Positions 41,285 through 52,900 of a stretch of 64,000 nucleotides of DNA are shown here, one piece after another. A program made the position numbers and the translations under genes. The stretch spans positions 352,001-416,000 of the forward strand of contig CBDCXV010000010.1 in the NCBI GenBank assembly GCA_965223905.1, read 5' to 3'. Source of the stretch: Candidatus Latescibacterota bacterium. Its GTDB lineage: Bacteria > Latescibacterota > UBA2968 > UBA8231. Every line of letters starts with the position of its first letter. Within the stretch, counting starts at the first letter, position 1. Under the pieces are notes generated by a model that saw only the letters and a list, made by a program, of their open reading frames with translations, did not search any database and was not told where the DNA came from.

Positions 41285-42163
41285 TCAACCGGCTTCGATG
41301 CTCTCCTGAATCGCCGCCATCTCCTCGAGCCTCTTCATGAACGGCAGGGCCTGGCGGACCTGGGTCCGCCAGTCCGGTAGCGCCGGGACGCAGTCGAGGG
41401 AGAGGTACCCCGAAAAGGAGATGTCGTTCAAGGCGCGGATCACCTGCAGGAAGTCGATGTGGCCGGTGCCGGGAAGCTGCCGGTTGCTGTCGGCGAGGTG
41501 GACGTGCATCAGGCGATGGCCGGCGAGCCGCAGGGCGTCGGTCAGGGCTCTGTCCTCGATGTTGACGTGGAAGAAGTCGGCGAGCACCCCGAGGTTGTCC
41601 ATCGCCAGCTCGTCGGCGATGCCGACCGCTTCGGCCAGGCTGTTGAGAAAGCCGGCGTACCCCTCGAAGCGGTTGATCGGCTCGATGGCGACCGCCACCC
41701 CGGCCTGCGCCCCGTGCTCGGCGATAGCGCGCGCCGACTCGACGAAACGGGCCCGCAGCTCGCTGCGCGGGATCTTCGTCTGCGGGTAGTCGTTCTCCGC
41801 GGGACAGGCGACGATCTCGAAGGTCGGCGGCTTCTCGAAGGTAGCGGCGAGGTCGATGCACTTCCTGGCGTAGTCGACGCCGTGCTGGCGCACCCTGCCG
41901 TCCCCGGAAGCCAGGTCCCGCTCCTCGCCGGCGTGCCACAGGGCCCAGGCCCCTATCAAGGCCGGCACCTCGAGCCCCAGCGAGCCGGCGATATCCCTGA
42001 CTTCGTCGAAGCGGGCCGCGGGGATGCGGTCCGGCTCCGCATCGAGGTCGACGCCGTCGAAGCCGGCCCCGGCGACCGTTTCGAGCACGCCTCGCGGATC
42101 CTCCCAGACGTCGCCGCCGCCTGCCGCCAGGGTGCAGAGGATTACGGAGTATTTGTGCGCCAT
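41285..42163 (-). CDS. Sugar phosphate isomerase/epimerase (tagatose-3-epimerase-like)
   Basis: IEPINRFE, DFFHVNIE and HLADSNR..PG.G motifs. Confidence 0.88.
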   Translation of the reverse strand: MAHKYSVILCTLAAGGGDVWEDPRGVLETVAGAGFDGVDLDAEPDRIPAARFDEVRDIAGSLGLEVPALIGAWALWHAGEERDLASGDGRVRQHGVDYARKCIDLAATFEKPPTFEIVACPAENDYPQTKIPRSELRARFVESARAIAEHGAQAGVAVAIEPINRFEGYAGFLNSLAEAVGIADELAMDNLGVLADFFHVNIEDRALTDALRLAGHRLMHVHLADSNRQLPGTGHIDFLQVIRALNDISFSGYLSLDCVPALPDWRTQVRQALPFMKRLEEMAAIQESIEAG

Positions 42164-42230
42164 TGGGTTTCCCCTTTACCTCAGGACGCGAACGATGGAA
42201 GAGCTTCCGCTTTCAAGGAGATGATGAGCA

Positions 42231-43141
42231 ATGCCTGAGCTGGTTGGTTACAAGAACGGGGAATGGCCGCCGATGAACCAGATACTCCCCGACCCGAACG
42301 ACCGCGGCACCCTGCTGGGTGACCAGGTGCTCGACGTCGAGCGGACCTTCGGCGGCACAAGGGGTTCCGGCTGGAAGAGCATGTCGAGCGGCTCTACAAG
42401 TCGCTCAAGTACGTGCGCATCGACCTCGAGCTTACCCCCGCGGACATGCTCTCCCTGACCGAGGAGGGGATCCGGCGCAATCTCGAGCGGGCCCCCGGCG
42501 CCGATTTCATCATAACGCAGCTGGTTACGCGGGGATCCGGCGGACAGCGGGCGTGGATGGCGGGGCCGCCGAACCTCTACATCAAGTACGCCCCGGTCGC
42601 CAACGAATGGGTCGCCCGCTACTTCCGGGAAGGCCTGCGCGCGGTGATCACCAAAACGCGCAGCTACGATCCCCTCGCCCTCGACCCCAAGATCAAGCAC
42701 CTCAGCCGCATGAACATGGCTCTGGCGGAAATCGAGGCCAACGACCTCGACCCCGGAGCGTGGCCGATCCTGACCGATGCCGCGGGCAACCTCACCGAGG
42801 GGTCGGGGTACAACGTCTTCATCGTCTCCGGGGGCGTCCTCCGCACCCCGGACGACCGCGCCATCCTCGCCGGGGTTTCCAGGCAGACGGTGCTCGACCT
42901 CGCGGCGCAGACCGGAATCCCCGCGGCGGAGGAAGACCTGCAGCCGTACGACATCCACACCGCGGACGAGGCCTTCTTCGCCAGCACCCCGTGGTCGATT
43001 CTGCCGGTCACCCACGTCGACAGGCAAGCGATCGCCGACGGCAGGCCGGGCAAGGTTACCGGCCGGCTCCTCGACGCCTGGACCGAATTGGTCGGAGTCG
43101 ACGTCGCCGCGGAGGCGGAGAAGCTCGCGGCCGGAGGCTGA
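42231..43141 (+). CDS. Class IV aminotransferase (IlvE-like), frameshift near 42360
   Basis: DRG.LLGD, KIKH.SR, EGSGYN and ILAGVSR motifs. Confidence 0.82.
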
Positions 43142-43319
43142 ACCAAGCGGTTTCCCCGACCCCGCCTGGACCCTTCCCGGGGGCCGGCTACTCGACTTCC
43201 CTGCGCGGGTTCGGCTGCAGGAGACGACATTCCAGCCATTATTGCCTGGTGTAGGGGTTCAGCATAAATCGGCGAGCTTATCCGAGCTTTTTTGTGACTA
43301 TTGATTGTTTGGGATGACC

Positions 43320-43572
43320 ATGCAACTGGTTTTCAGCGAACATGAAGAGATGATTATGAAACAAAGAAGCATCAAGTCCGAGTGGTGCCGCAGAGTGGTA
43401 GACAACCCGGTTTCCTCCGTTGCCCAGAAAAACCGTTTCCGTCAGTACTGGGGTTACATCCAGGAAGCCAATCAGTACATTCGAGTCGTCGTTAAGGGCC
43501 GATGGAAAAACCGTCCATACGACCTTCCTCGACCGCAATTTCAAGCGAAGGATGGAGCGCGGTGAGCATTGA
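43320..43572 (+). CDS. DUF4258-like toxin, frameshift near 43498
   Basis: FSEH...R.I..EW...V.NP...YIRVV/DGKTVHTTFLDR; upstream of a DUF2283-like gene. Confidence 0.6.
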
Positions 43573-43837
43573 CGTAACAGTCGACGAAGAAACCGGAGCT
43601 GCCTACATCTACCTGCAGGGTCGCGATGCCAAGAGCGCCCGAACGGACGAGATTGAAGAGGGCTTCCTGATCGACTTCGACGACAACGGCCATATCATTG
43701 GATTCGAAATCCTGGAGATCGAGGGGGAGAACCGCCAGAAACAGGCGGTGGCGCGAGTCCTCGCCTATCTCACGGGACAACTCCGAACTCACGCTCTTGC
43801 CCTCGACGAGTTGCGTGAGTATGCCACGGCCGTTTAG
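43562..43837 (+). CDS. DUF2283-like antitoxin
   Basis: DEETGAAYIYL...IDFDDNGHIIGFEIL. Confidence 0.8.
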   Translation: MSIDVTVDEETGAAYIYLQGRDAKSARTDEIEEGFLIDFDDNGHIIGFEILEIEGENRQKQAVARVLAYLTGQLRTHALALDELREYATAV

Positions 43838-44029
43838 GCAGAGCTATTCCTGGAACGGCTAGCGCCCGCGAGATACCCTACCCATCAATCCTTGGGCCGC
43901 CGGTTTCCACCGTGGTGGCCAGGAAACATCCAAATCGCAGTCGCCTTTCCTGGCGATTTCCCTCGGGGTCAACACACCCTCCTGTAAGGACGAGCGCTTC
44001 TTTCCGCCCGGACTCCGCCTTCCCGCCGG

Positions 44030-44995
44030 TTACCCGGCCTCCCGCCGCGGGTCCGGCTGCAGGGGCGGCTTTTCCCGCGCCGCCGAGTAGTCCCGCTCGT
44101 CGACAGGCGGGTGCCCCATCGGACCGTAGGCGTCGAATTCCTCGCACTGAACCTCCCCGGGCACGAAGGTGACCTCGATGCCGTCGCCGCCGACGTCGCA
44201 GCGGTGGAACCCCTGGCGCACCTCGGCCTCCTCCCAGCGCTCCTCGAGCTGAGGGGTGTTCCCCCCGGCCGAGGTCCGGTAGAGGCGCATCCCCGCGGCC
44301 TCCTGCATCGGCCGCCCGGTGTGGACGTGGCCGCAGAACAGGATCTCGACCCCGGCGGCCTCCAGCAGATCCAATAGCCGCCGCCGGTGCGGCGGATCGA
44401 TCGAGAAGTACCAGTTGTCATACTCCTCTTTACAGGTGATGTCCCAGGCGGGCTCGTCCGGCTGTTCCATGAAGGGCCAGTAGTGCATCACGGCGACGTG
44501 GTGCCGTCCCCGCGGCAGCCCCGGGAGCTTCTCCAGCAGGCGCCACATCCGCTCCTCGTGGCTGAACCCGGTCCCGGCGACCGCGGCGAACAGGCCGGTG
44601 AAGCGGACCTCGCGGTGCATGAAGCTCCAGCTCACGGGACCGAAGTAGCGTGAGAACAGGTCGACCCGGGCAGAGGTCATGTTGAGCTCGCGGTCGTCCC
44701 GGTAGCGCGGGCCGCTGCGCTCGGTGTGCTTGTTGCCGACGTCCATGTTCCCCGGGATGATCCAGGTCGGAAAGGGCAGGCGGTCGAGGTCGTCGCGTGC
44801 CTGGACGTACTCGAACTCGTGGGTCTCGCCGTCCCTCGTCAGGTCGCCGCCGTGCAGGAGGAAGTCGGCGTCGATCGCCGACATCTGGCGGGTGATCGCC
44901 TCCCATCGGCGGTTGATCGCCGGCCGGAAGCGGTACGACCGCGGCGTGCCGAGGTGGCTGTCGTTGGCGTGCAGGAAGGTCCAGGTGTCCGTCAT
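44030..44995 (-). CDS. Calcineurin-like metallophosphoesterase
   Basis: DSH, GDL, GNMD and GHVH motifs. Confidence 0.88.
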   Translation of the reverse strand: MTDTWTFLHANDSHLGTPRSYRFRPAINRRWEAITRQMSAIDADFLLHGGDLTRDGETHEFEYVQARDDLDRLPFPTWIIPGNMDVGNKHTERSGPRYRDDRELNMTSARVDLFSRYFGPVSWSFMHREVRFTGLFAAVAGTGFSHEERMWRLLEKLPGLPRGRHHVAVMHYWPFMEQPDEPAWDITCKEEYDNWYFSIDPPHRRRLLDLLEAAGVEILFCGHVHTGRPMQEAAGMRLYRTSAGGNTPQLEERWEEAEVRQGFHRCDVGGDGIEVTFVPGEVQCEEFDAYGPMGHPPVDERDYSAAREKPPLQPDPRREAG

Positions 44996-45164
44996 CGGCT
45001 GTTCCTTTCCATCACTTTCCCATCAATCTTCTTGCTCTTGCAATCCCGCCGCACCCCGGCTCGCGGTCCAGTTCTGACAATCTCCCGTGTCATGGCCCGG
45101 GTCATTGGCCTTGCAGGCGAGTCCGGGAATTGCCGAAGCCTGCCCTGGCTGTTGCCGGACAGGC

Positions 45165-45989
45165 TCAGGACCAGACGTAGATCTCGTCGTCCTCCGGGGA
45201 CATCGCGAAGAAGCTGGCCAGGACGATGCGGGGCCGGTCCCCTTTCGGCGGCGGCACCTCGTGGATGGTTTCCGAGCAGAAGACGTAAAAGTCCCCCGGC
45301 TGCAGATCGATCCGAACCCGCTCGATCCCCTTCCCGGCGGCGTACTCCCGGAACCGGGGCAGCTCTTCGGTCAACTCCTCCGACCACTGGCGCCGGTAGA
45401 GGAAGGCGTGGCCGCCCTCCTCGTCCTCGAGGGCGTTCTGGAAGCACAGCACCGCGGCGAACTGCTTCTCGAACCGCGACACCTGCAGGTCGAACAGCTT
45501 CGACCTTTTGCGGGCCGAGTCGAAGTGCGGGGTGTGCCCCACCCCCTCGTAGTAGGTGCGGAAGATCGCCGGGCCGTACTGGCGGCCGTCCGGCTCGCGG
45601 GCGACCATGGCCCGCTTACCGGGAGCGAGCGCCGACAGGGTGTCGTAGATGAGGGCGACCGGGTCGCCGTACCCCTCGAACAGGGTCTCGAACAGGTCGC
45701 GGGTCTGCCGCGCGTGCGCGAAGAACCCCTCGGGGTCGCCGCGGTGGCGCCCGAGGCTGGTGCCGATGTCGACGCGGGAGGCCGGCTCCCCGGCGACCCG
45801 AGGGTCGTAGAGAAGGCCGCGCTCGTAGAAGCGCTCGACGAGGGCGGCGCAGTGGGCCGGATCGTAGGCCCGGCGCATCACCAGGGCCGGGACCTCCCCG
45901 CGCCCCAGCAGCTCCAGCGGGCGTTCATGAGCTTGGAGAATCTCTCCGGGGCCGGCTTCCACCGGCGCCCAATGTGAGGTATCCGGCAT
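45165..45989 (-). CDS. 2OG-Fe(II) oxygenase-like protein
   Basis: PHFD...IHEV...R facial-triad pattern. Confidence 0.6.
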   Translation of the reverse strand: MPDTSHWAPVEAGPGEILQAHERPLELLGRGEVPALVMRRAYDPAHCAALVERFYERGLLYDPRVAGEPASRVDIGTSLGRHRGDPEGFFAHARQTRDLFETLFEGYGDPVALIYDTLSALAPGKRAMVAREPDGRQYGPAIFRTYYEGVGHTPHFDSARKRSKLFDLQVSRFEKQFAAVLCFQNALEDEEGGHAFLYRRQWSEELTEELPRFREYAAGKGIERVRIDLQPGDFYVFCSETIHEVPPPKGDRPRIVLASFFAMSPEDDEIYVWS

Positions 45990-45994
45990 CTGTC

Positions 45995-46807
45995 TCAGTG
46001 GTGGTCGACGCGGTCGGCGATCGGGAGGCGGCGGAACTCCCGGATGATTTCCGACAGCTGCGCCGCGGCCTCCTCAAACACGCGCTCCCCCTTTTCCCTC
46101 GTTGCCAGAGTCGCGTCTCCGATCACCCCGGTATCCGAGACCCGCGACCAGTGGTCCATCATCTTGAGCGGCGAGGCCCCCTTCCCCTTCAGCGACCCGC
46201 GCCAGTAGTAGCGCCCTACCGGCATCTTCTCGTCGCGGGCGGCCTTGTCCATCTGCACCGCCTCTTCGTTGAGATGCAGGTACACCGAGGTTTCGATCTC
46301 GTCGGCGTGCGACAGCACCTCGGACTCCTGCACCTTCTCGACTTCGGCCGAGCCCCCCATCAGCAGCCCGCAGTGCGCTTCGGTCTCGATCACGGTGCGC
46401 CGCGCCGCCAGCTCGAGGATCGGGCTGTTGGAGCCGTGGCCGTTGACGATCAGGATCTTGCGGAAGCCGTGGTGGGCGACGCTGCGGGTGATGTCGAGGA
46501 CGAAATGCAGCAGGTGCTCGTCCTTGACGGTGATGGTGCCGGGGAAATCCATGTGGTGGTCCTCGAAGCCGTAGGGCAGGGCCGGCAGCAGCAGCACTTC
46601 GTCGGGGATGCGTTTGGCCGCGGCCTCGCAGACCTCGCTGACGACGAAGGTGTCGACGTCGAGCGGCAGGTGATGCCCGTGGTCCTCGGTCGAGCCGACC
46701 GGCAGCAGCACCGCCGGCTGCCGCGGCACGAGGTCGCGCAGCTCCGGCCAGGTGTAGTGGTCGTACCGGTACGGGATGTGGCCGGTGTTGTATTCTTTCA
46801 GCTGCAA
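45995..46807 (-). CDS. Creatininase family amidohydrolase
   Basis: GSTEDHGHHLPLDVD, NGHGSN and HADEIET motifs. Confidence 0.9.
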   Translation of the reverse strand: MQLKEYNTGHIPYRYDHYTWPELRDLVPRQPAVLLPVGSTEDHGHHLPLDVDTFVVSEVCEAAAKRIPDEVLLLPALPYGFEDHHMDFPGTITVKDEHLLHFVLDITRSVAHHGFRKILIVNGHGSNSPILELAARRTVIETEAHCGLLMGGSAEVEKVQESEVLSHADEIETSVYLHLNEEAVQMDKAARDEKMPVGRYYWRGSLKGKGASPLKMMDHWSRVSDTGVIGDATLATREKGERVFEEAAAQLSEIIREFRRLPIADRVDHH

Positions 46808-47284
46808 CGGAGCGTTTCAAAATTTCTCACTGACTATACCCAGCGGGCGGATGGATCAGGAGGGCGAATCGGCAAAGGAGGGGGTGTCTGATCCGGACAG
46901 TCGGCTGGAAGGGTGTAGTCTCCCAGTTCGGGTTCGAGGTAGGTAAGGCCATATGCAACAGCCATTCGGGAGAATGGCCCTCTACCATCGAGGGAGTCGT
47001 AGTCATCGGGTTCCGGTAATGCTGCCACCGGGTAGCGTACGTACTGCTGAGTAAGCTGTCTCCACCAAGGTCTCGCGAAGGCCTCCTGTGCCCCAACAAC
47101 CTCGGCTCCACCACCAGTGAGAAATACCTCCACTCGATGCCAAGGACCTTCCTTATGCAGATGTTTGTATGCCTCCGTCCAGACGGGTCGAGCTTCCTTG
47201 TGAATCATTGACAGAATCTTCTTTACACCATCTACCAAGTCCAGCTGCGTCCCCCGCCGCAGCCCGTTGATCTTCTCACTGATC

Positions 47285-48859
47285 GGGTGTCTTAGCTGAT
47301 TGTTACGGTTTCGGTGGTTGTTTTTAGGTTTTCTCGGTACTGCTGAAAGACCCGGTCAAGCGTTCCATTGTACAAGGCGCAGCGCAGGGCCAGAATGGCG
47401 TTGCTGTTTTCCTTATACCACCAAGCGCCCGACCGTTTCAGACGAACGTGGCCGATGAAGCGATGCGCCGATTCGATCGCCCCCGACCCGATCGGGTATC
47501 CGCCCTTGCGATGGCTGCCGAAATCGACCTGGTGCAGTCGCTTTTGCAGGTAGGTCAAGGCCGTGCCGATGGCCTCTCCGGCCTCTTCCGAGAGCGGCTG
47601 CATGCGCTGCAGACCCCAGACCACGCCGCTGCCCTCGCCGCAGAACAGGCGCGCCAGGGTCGCTTCCAGCCAATGGGCAGCACGCGCCGCATCGGCGCCG
47701 TATTGGGCCTCGGCCACCGCGTGCAGGTAGCTGCTGCAATGGTAGTAGTCGAGGATCTGACGGGCGCTCGGGAACAGCTCTTCCACCCACTTCCAGATCC
47801 ACGGAGCGCCATCTCCGATGGCACACAAGCGCACCTGATCCTCCGGGATCAGCCCCGCCTCCTTGACCTGGCGCAAGGCCGCGCCGAAGGCCTGTTCGTT
47901 GCCCATCTGGTGCCAGGAGATCAGCTGCTCGATGCGCTCATCGTCTATCAGGTAGAAGCGAAAGCCCTTGGCTTCGTGGTATTCCCCCTGCCAACGCCTT
48001 CGCCGAGCCCGGCTCTTCTTGCGTCCGGGACGGGTGCCTTTGGCGGTCTGGGGACGACTGGGCACGTCGGCCGCGTCGATGGCCAACACCACGATCGGCC
48101 GCCACTTGCGACCGGCGGCGGCTTGCGCAATGCGATCCTGGATATCGGCCGCGTCCGGACACACCTGCAGCACGTCCAACGACCCGGTCTGTTGCAGCAC
48201 CTCGTGAATCACACAATCGCTCATCGACGCGTCGGTGAGCTCGTCCAACAGTTCGGCGGCGCGCCGGTGGGGCATCTCCAGCCCCAGCTTGACCCCGGCC
48301 TGCTGCACGTCCCACTGCTTGCGCTGCGCCGACAGGCCCAGGGCCTCGTCCAGCGGATAGAACCCGTGGTGACAGCCAACGCAGTAGAAATAGGGACGCT
48401 CCAAGGTCACCGGCCCGAGCAGCGTCTCCACCGTGCGCGAGCGAGACGGGCGCGCTCGCAGCAGGCCTTTGCACTTGGGGCAGGCCGCCTCTTCCTGGGC
48501 CAGGAAATGGCCGTGGCGGCGTTCGACGAAGGCTTCCACCAAGGCCGCGGTGAGCCCGGAGCGCTCTTGAGACATCGCCGCGGTGATCTCCATCAACGTC
48601 GGCGCACAAGATCCGCGCTCGCTCATTTGCGTCTCCACCCGATCCAGCCATTGGTCCAAGGCTTCATGCGCCCGGCTTCGAAAGCGGTCCTGACTCTGCC
48701 GCTCCTGAAAAACTTCCAGAGAGAGAATCGCACTCATCGCTCCCCTTCTTTCTGAAATCAGGGGAGCGCGCCGCAGGGGATGCGGAAAAAGAAAGCAACT
48801 TACTGTAAAATATACACATACGCACCTGAATTGCGCTATAACAATTACTTAAGACGCCC
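47285..48859 (-). mobile_element. ISKra4-family insertion sequence (distinct from the first)
   Basis: Imperfect 21-bp IRs (GGGTGTCTTAGCTGATTGTTA / TAACAATTACTTAAGACGCCC); 8-bp target duplication CACTGATC at 47277-47284 and 48860-48867. Confidence 0.92.
47292..48737 (-). CDS. ISKra4-family transposase
   Basis: GDGAPWIW, LDYYH and GSGAIES...RLKRSGAWW motifs. Confidence 0.92.
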   Translation of the reverse strand: MSAILSLEVFQERQSQDRFRSRAHEALDQWLDRVETQMSERGSCAPTLMEITAAMSQERSGLTAALVEAFVERRHGHFLAQEEAACPKCKGLLRARPSRSRTVETLLGPVTLERPYFYCVGCHHGFYPLDEALGLSAQRKQWDVQQAGVKLGLEMPHRRAAELLDELTDASMSDCVIHEVLQQTGSLDVLQVCPDAADIQDRIAQAAAGRKWRPIVVLAIDAADVPSRPQTAKGTRPGRKKSRARRRRWQGEYHEAKGFRFYLIDDERIEQLISWHQMGNEQAFGAALRQVKEAGLIPEDQVRLCAIGDGAPWIWKWVEELFPSARQILDYYHCSSYLHAVAEAQYGADAARAAHWLEATLARLFCGEGSGVVWGLQRMQPLSEEAGEAIGTALTYLQKRLHQVDFGSHRKGGYPIGSGAIESAHRFIGHVRLKRSGAWWYKENSNAILALRCALYNGTLDRVFQQYRENLKTTTETVTIS

Positions 48860-49953
48860 CACTGATCTGCCCGGCCGTAAGGCCGCCTGCTCCATTCATT
48901 CCAACAAGCCGCTCGATGGCCAGCCCACCGATCGGCAGATTTCCGGACGAATACCAGTAACAGTGCTCTCCGGTTGGTTCATCAGCAAGATTAAAGAAGG
49001 AAACATCGGTCGTGCCCGCACCGATATCGATGAGGGCATGAAGTCCGGGCCTACGTCGAAGCGACGAAACATAGGAGGCGGCTTCCGCCACGGACTCGGG
49101 TATCACAAAGACTCTTTCAGGTTCAGGCTCCAAGGAGGGTGCTTCCTCCAAGGGGGGTGCTTCATAGGAACTGTAATTTCCAGCCAACCACTCCGTTCTT
49201 GACCCGTATGGCCAGTCCCTTTCTACTGCCTCGGCCTTTGCCAGGATCTGTCTGAAGGCGTTCAGCACAGGATTGGATTCTACGTGCTGCATGGGAAGAC
49301 AGACGTTGTACAGGAACTCCAGCCTGCTGTTCACATATTCTGGCAGCTCGCTGATGCGTCGCCGAGCTTCTCGCATCGCATATGCGAGATAAACGAAGGA
49401 AACTGTCCCTGGCGTCAGGACTCCCCCATTGATGGGATGCATCCGGGCATAGCGTTCGAATCCATCACTCAATTCCCCGGTTTCAAGGCCCGAATCACGC
49501 GATGCAACAAGCACCTTGAAGGCTCGCAGGGCCTCATCCCATGACCGGTCCCTCATCTGGCTGGCTGCTTCCTCTCCAACCAGCATTCTGCCATCGCCGT
49601 CGACCATCGCCAAGGTTGGCAGACCAAATGCGGGAACCCCTGGAAGACAATGATCGAAGATCAAAGGCTTTACTTCCCCTCGAGGACTCACTTGCCGGTA
49701 GGCGATCTTCGTGGTGCTCGTGCCGAAATCGATCCCGACCTGGATGATCGCGGCTCGTCTGGGCACTTCCTTTCTTGCCCTCGCTTGCGGAGATTGCGAC
49801 CTCTTCGCCCCAGGGCTCCCTGCCGATGGGGAGTCCTGGCCGATGCCTGAAGGTGACGTGGAACCCCCTTGGTTCCGGAGACATGAACGTTCTTCGTTTT
49901 CCTGGGCAGGTTCCTTCCGACCCTTGCCTTTCCCTTGTCTCTCGCGCCGGACG

Positions 49954-52900
49954 TTACCGGCTATGGACTTCCAAAATGCCCGCAGCAATTTCATCATAGG
50001 TGACTCCTACCCGGCGTTGCTGCTCCAGTGAATCGGCGTCCGCACCAAGCTTGCGCTCGATGTTATCGATGCTTCCGCGAAGCATCCTGAGATACCGCTC
50101 CTCTCGCCCCAATACCTCTCCTTTTTTTAGGAGTGCCTGCTGTCCTGCCAACTTCCTGCCCGCAAAGGCCCGTACGCTGGCAAGACGTCGATCGATAAAC
50201 GCGTCATTCGTTCGCTCTGCTTCCAATCTAAGCCCTTTGATTCTCCCCAGGAGCAGTTGCTCGGCTTCATTGAAGGCATGCATTGCGCGATCCTCATCCA
50301 CTGGCATGTGCCCTCCTTTGGGCTCCTGGCCGTTTTCGACTATCTCCCCAAGAATTGCCTCGGAATTTTCCGCAGAACATGCTTCCTTCAAGTCTTCGTT
50401 CAGCACAACTATCTCAAGAACGCTGCTCTGCCGGAGCGCCTCAATTCTCAGCTTGAAAATGAAAAAATAGTAAGTACCTGGATCGAGCAGACCCACTTCC
50501 CGTAGACTCACGCGCGTGGCTGGGGCGATCCGGGCTTCTTCGTAATGGCGCGCAATGGCCCGCACGAGGGGGTGTACGACGTTGATGAATTCGATCCTCG
50601 GCTTGCGGAAGGCAAGGTCAGAATCGAAGGTCACTGAGATGCCAGTTCTTTCGGACCTAGCCAGGAGCTGTGTATCCCTGACGCTGACGTTCTCGCGGAC
50701 AAGGAACTGTCTGAGCTGATCGCAGACATGGATAACACCATCACCTTCGGAACCGGTCAGGAATCTAGTCCGAGGGCAGTGTGAACGGAGAAAGTCACAG
50801 ACAAATCTCTCAAGTTGAACGGAGGTCACATAACGACGCCGATCACGAATCCGTGCCACTTCTGCTTCAAAGTACTCGTCGACGCCCACCAGCTGGGCGG
50901 CTTTCTCCTCTAGCCTCTGCAGCTCTTGCAGCCGCTCTTCGAGAACAAGGACAGCGTGGTCTACACGTTGTTCGATCTCCTCCGGGGTCAGACTCGTGCT
51001 CAGGAGCTCCCTTTCGAGATTGTGTACGATGTCCCCTAGAATATCCTCTAAATCCCCGATGGAACGCTCGAAAATCCCTATGCGGTTGTACAGCCGGTCC
51101 AGGATCTTCTTCTCGATCGTCCCTTCCACGGAGAAGTTGTAGATCCGAATAACCTCGGATTCCTGCCCAATACGATCCAGCCGGCCGATTCGCTGTTCAA
51201 CCTCCATAGGATTCCAGGGGAGGTCGTAGTTGAACATTGTGTTGCAGAACTGAAAGTCGAGACCTTCACCGCCGATGCGGGAGGAGAGAAGGATGGGGAT
51301 CTCTCGATCGTCCCGGAAACTGTCGATAACCCCTGTGCGTTCCTTCACGTGGACGTCACCGCTTAGGACGAGATTGGGGAATCCATCCGCGGAAAGTTTT
51401 TTACTCAGATAGTTCAGCGTTCCCTTGTAGAAAGCGAAAATCAGGCACTTGCACCCATTCTCCTCCTCCTGGATGCCACGAAGGGCTTGCGAGAGATGGG
51501 CGTATTTTGTGTCGATCCCATCGTCCCTCCACTCCCGCAATACATCTCGAAGCCGATGGGTAACTGATCCAAAGACAGGCGGGGATTCTCCGTCCCCATT
51601 ACTCGACGTAACCGTCTCATCCTCTGAAAGGTCTTCGATGCTAAGGTCACTGCATTCACGATAGTGCTCAACCATAGCCGGAATACAGGAAGCCATGCGT
51701 CTCTGGGGAGTCTGAAGGATCCAGCTCTGAACGACCGGATCGCCCGTTCTCTTGATGCTATTCTCTCGGACAAACTCGGTCACCGTGTCGTAAAATACCC
51801 GCTCCTGTTCGCTGAGCTGGACTTGCAAGACAAAGGCATGGCGTTCGACAACGTGCTCGTGGACTTCTCTCTTCCGTGTCCTCGAGAAGATATGACCGAT
51901 CAGGTTGAGGTCTGCAAGATCCCCCTGAAGTCCAAGTTGCAGGCGTCTGCTATCATTTTCCCTCGGTTCCAGTTTCTCAAGCTTCTTCAGCTTAAGCATC
52001 GCCTCCATCATGGCGGGATTCTGGGCAATCTCTGTGCTCTTGGCGGCCCTATGCAAAAACTCTGTGGCTTGTTTCACGTTCGGTGGAACACCTGCAATAC
52101 ATGCCTGAGCCTGAACGATTGGCGCATTCTGCTCAAATCGCGCCTGTGACGTTCGAAGTTCGGGGAAGCTTTCCTCATCAAGGATATTGAGAAGGCTGAA
52201 AAGGTTTTCGTTTCCCAAGTGAACTGGGGTTGCGGTCAACATTATCATGGCGCTGGATCCACTTCCAAGAAGTTCGCCTGCTCTCCGGTTCCGGGTTCCG
52301 AAGTTTCGCATGTGATGTGCTTCGTCAACAATTACCAAGTCGAAAGTCGGCGCTTGGGCTTCCAGCACTTCGATGATCTTGCGAGTACGAAGGCTTTCGA
52401 TGGAAATGATTCCTGAGAGCTCCGACCGGTCGGGAGCCTCTTGGTACATACGCAAAAACGCCCCAAATCTTTCGGCGTCTAGTATCTCAAATCGTTCCCC
52501 AAAGCGGGTAAGCATCTCGGTTAACCACTTCTCTCTGAGATTGGAGGGGCAAACGACCAGCACTCTCTGCAGAGACTCTCGTGCCCGCAATTCGGTCAGA
52601 ATCAGCCCCGCCTCAATCGTCTTCCCGAGACCCACTTCATCGGCAATCAGAAGTCTGTGATTCGCTGAAGCCAGGAATTTCAAGAGCGGCTTGAACTGGT
52701 ACGGATAGAAGCGTGTTCTAGACGCATTGATTGCGTGGATGTTGTTTGTGAGTGGTCTGTCCCGGTTGAGTCTCTCATAGGTTATCGCACGCTGGAATTC
52801 CCTGTAACCTCCGAGTTCTCCAGACGCCAGGACTTCATGTGGAGCTCTGTCTTCGAAGTACGATTGCAGATCATGTTCGGCAACCAGGGACTTATTTCCA

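Larger units (their letters stand above)
46834..49997 (-). pseudogene. Hsp70/actin-like ATPase gene interrupted by an IS
   Basis: GIDFGTSTT and IDIGAGTTD before the IS; VFLTGGGA after it. Confidence 0.75.

Noticed and set aside
45995-46807. Mycofactocin MftE and a RiPP cluster
   Set aside because: No precursor peptide or radical SAM genes nearby; a generic creatininase-family call suffices.
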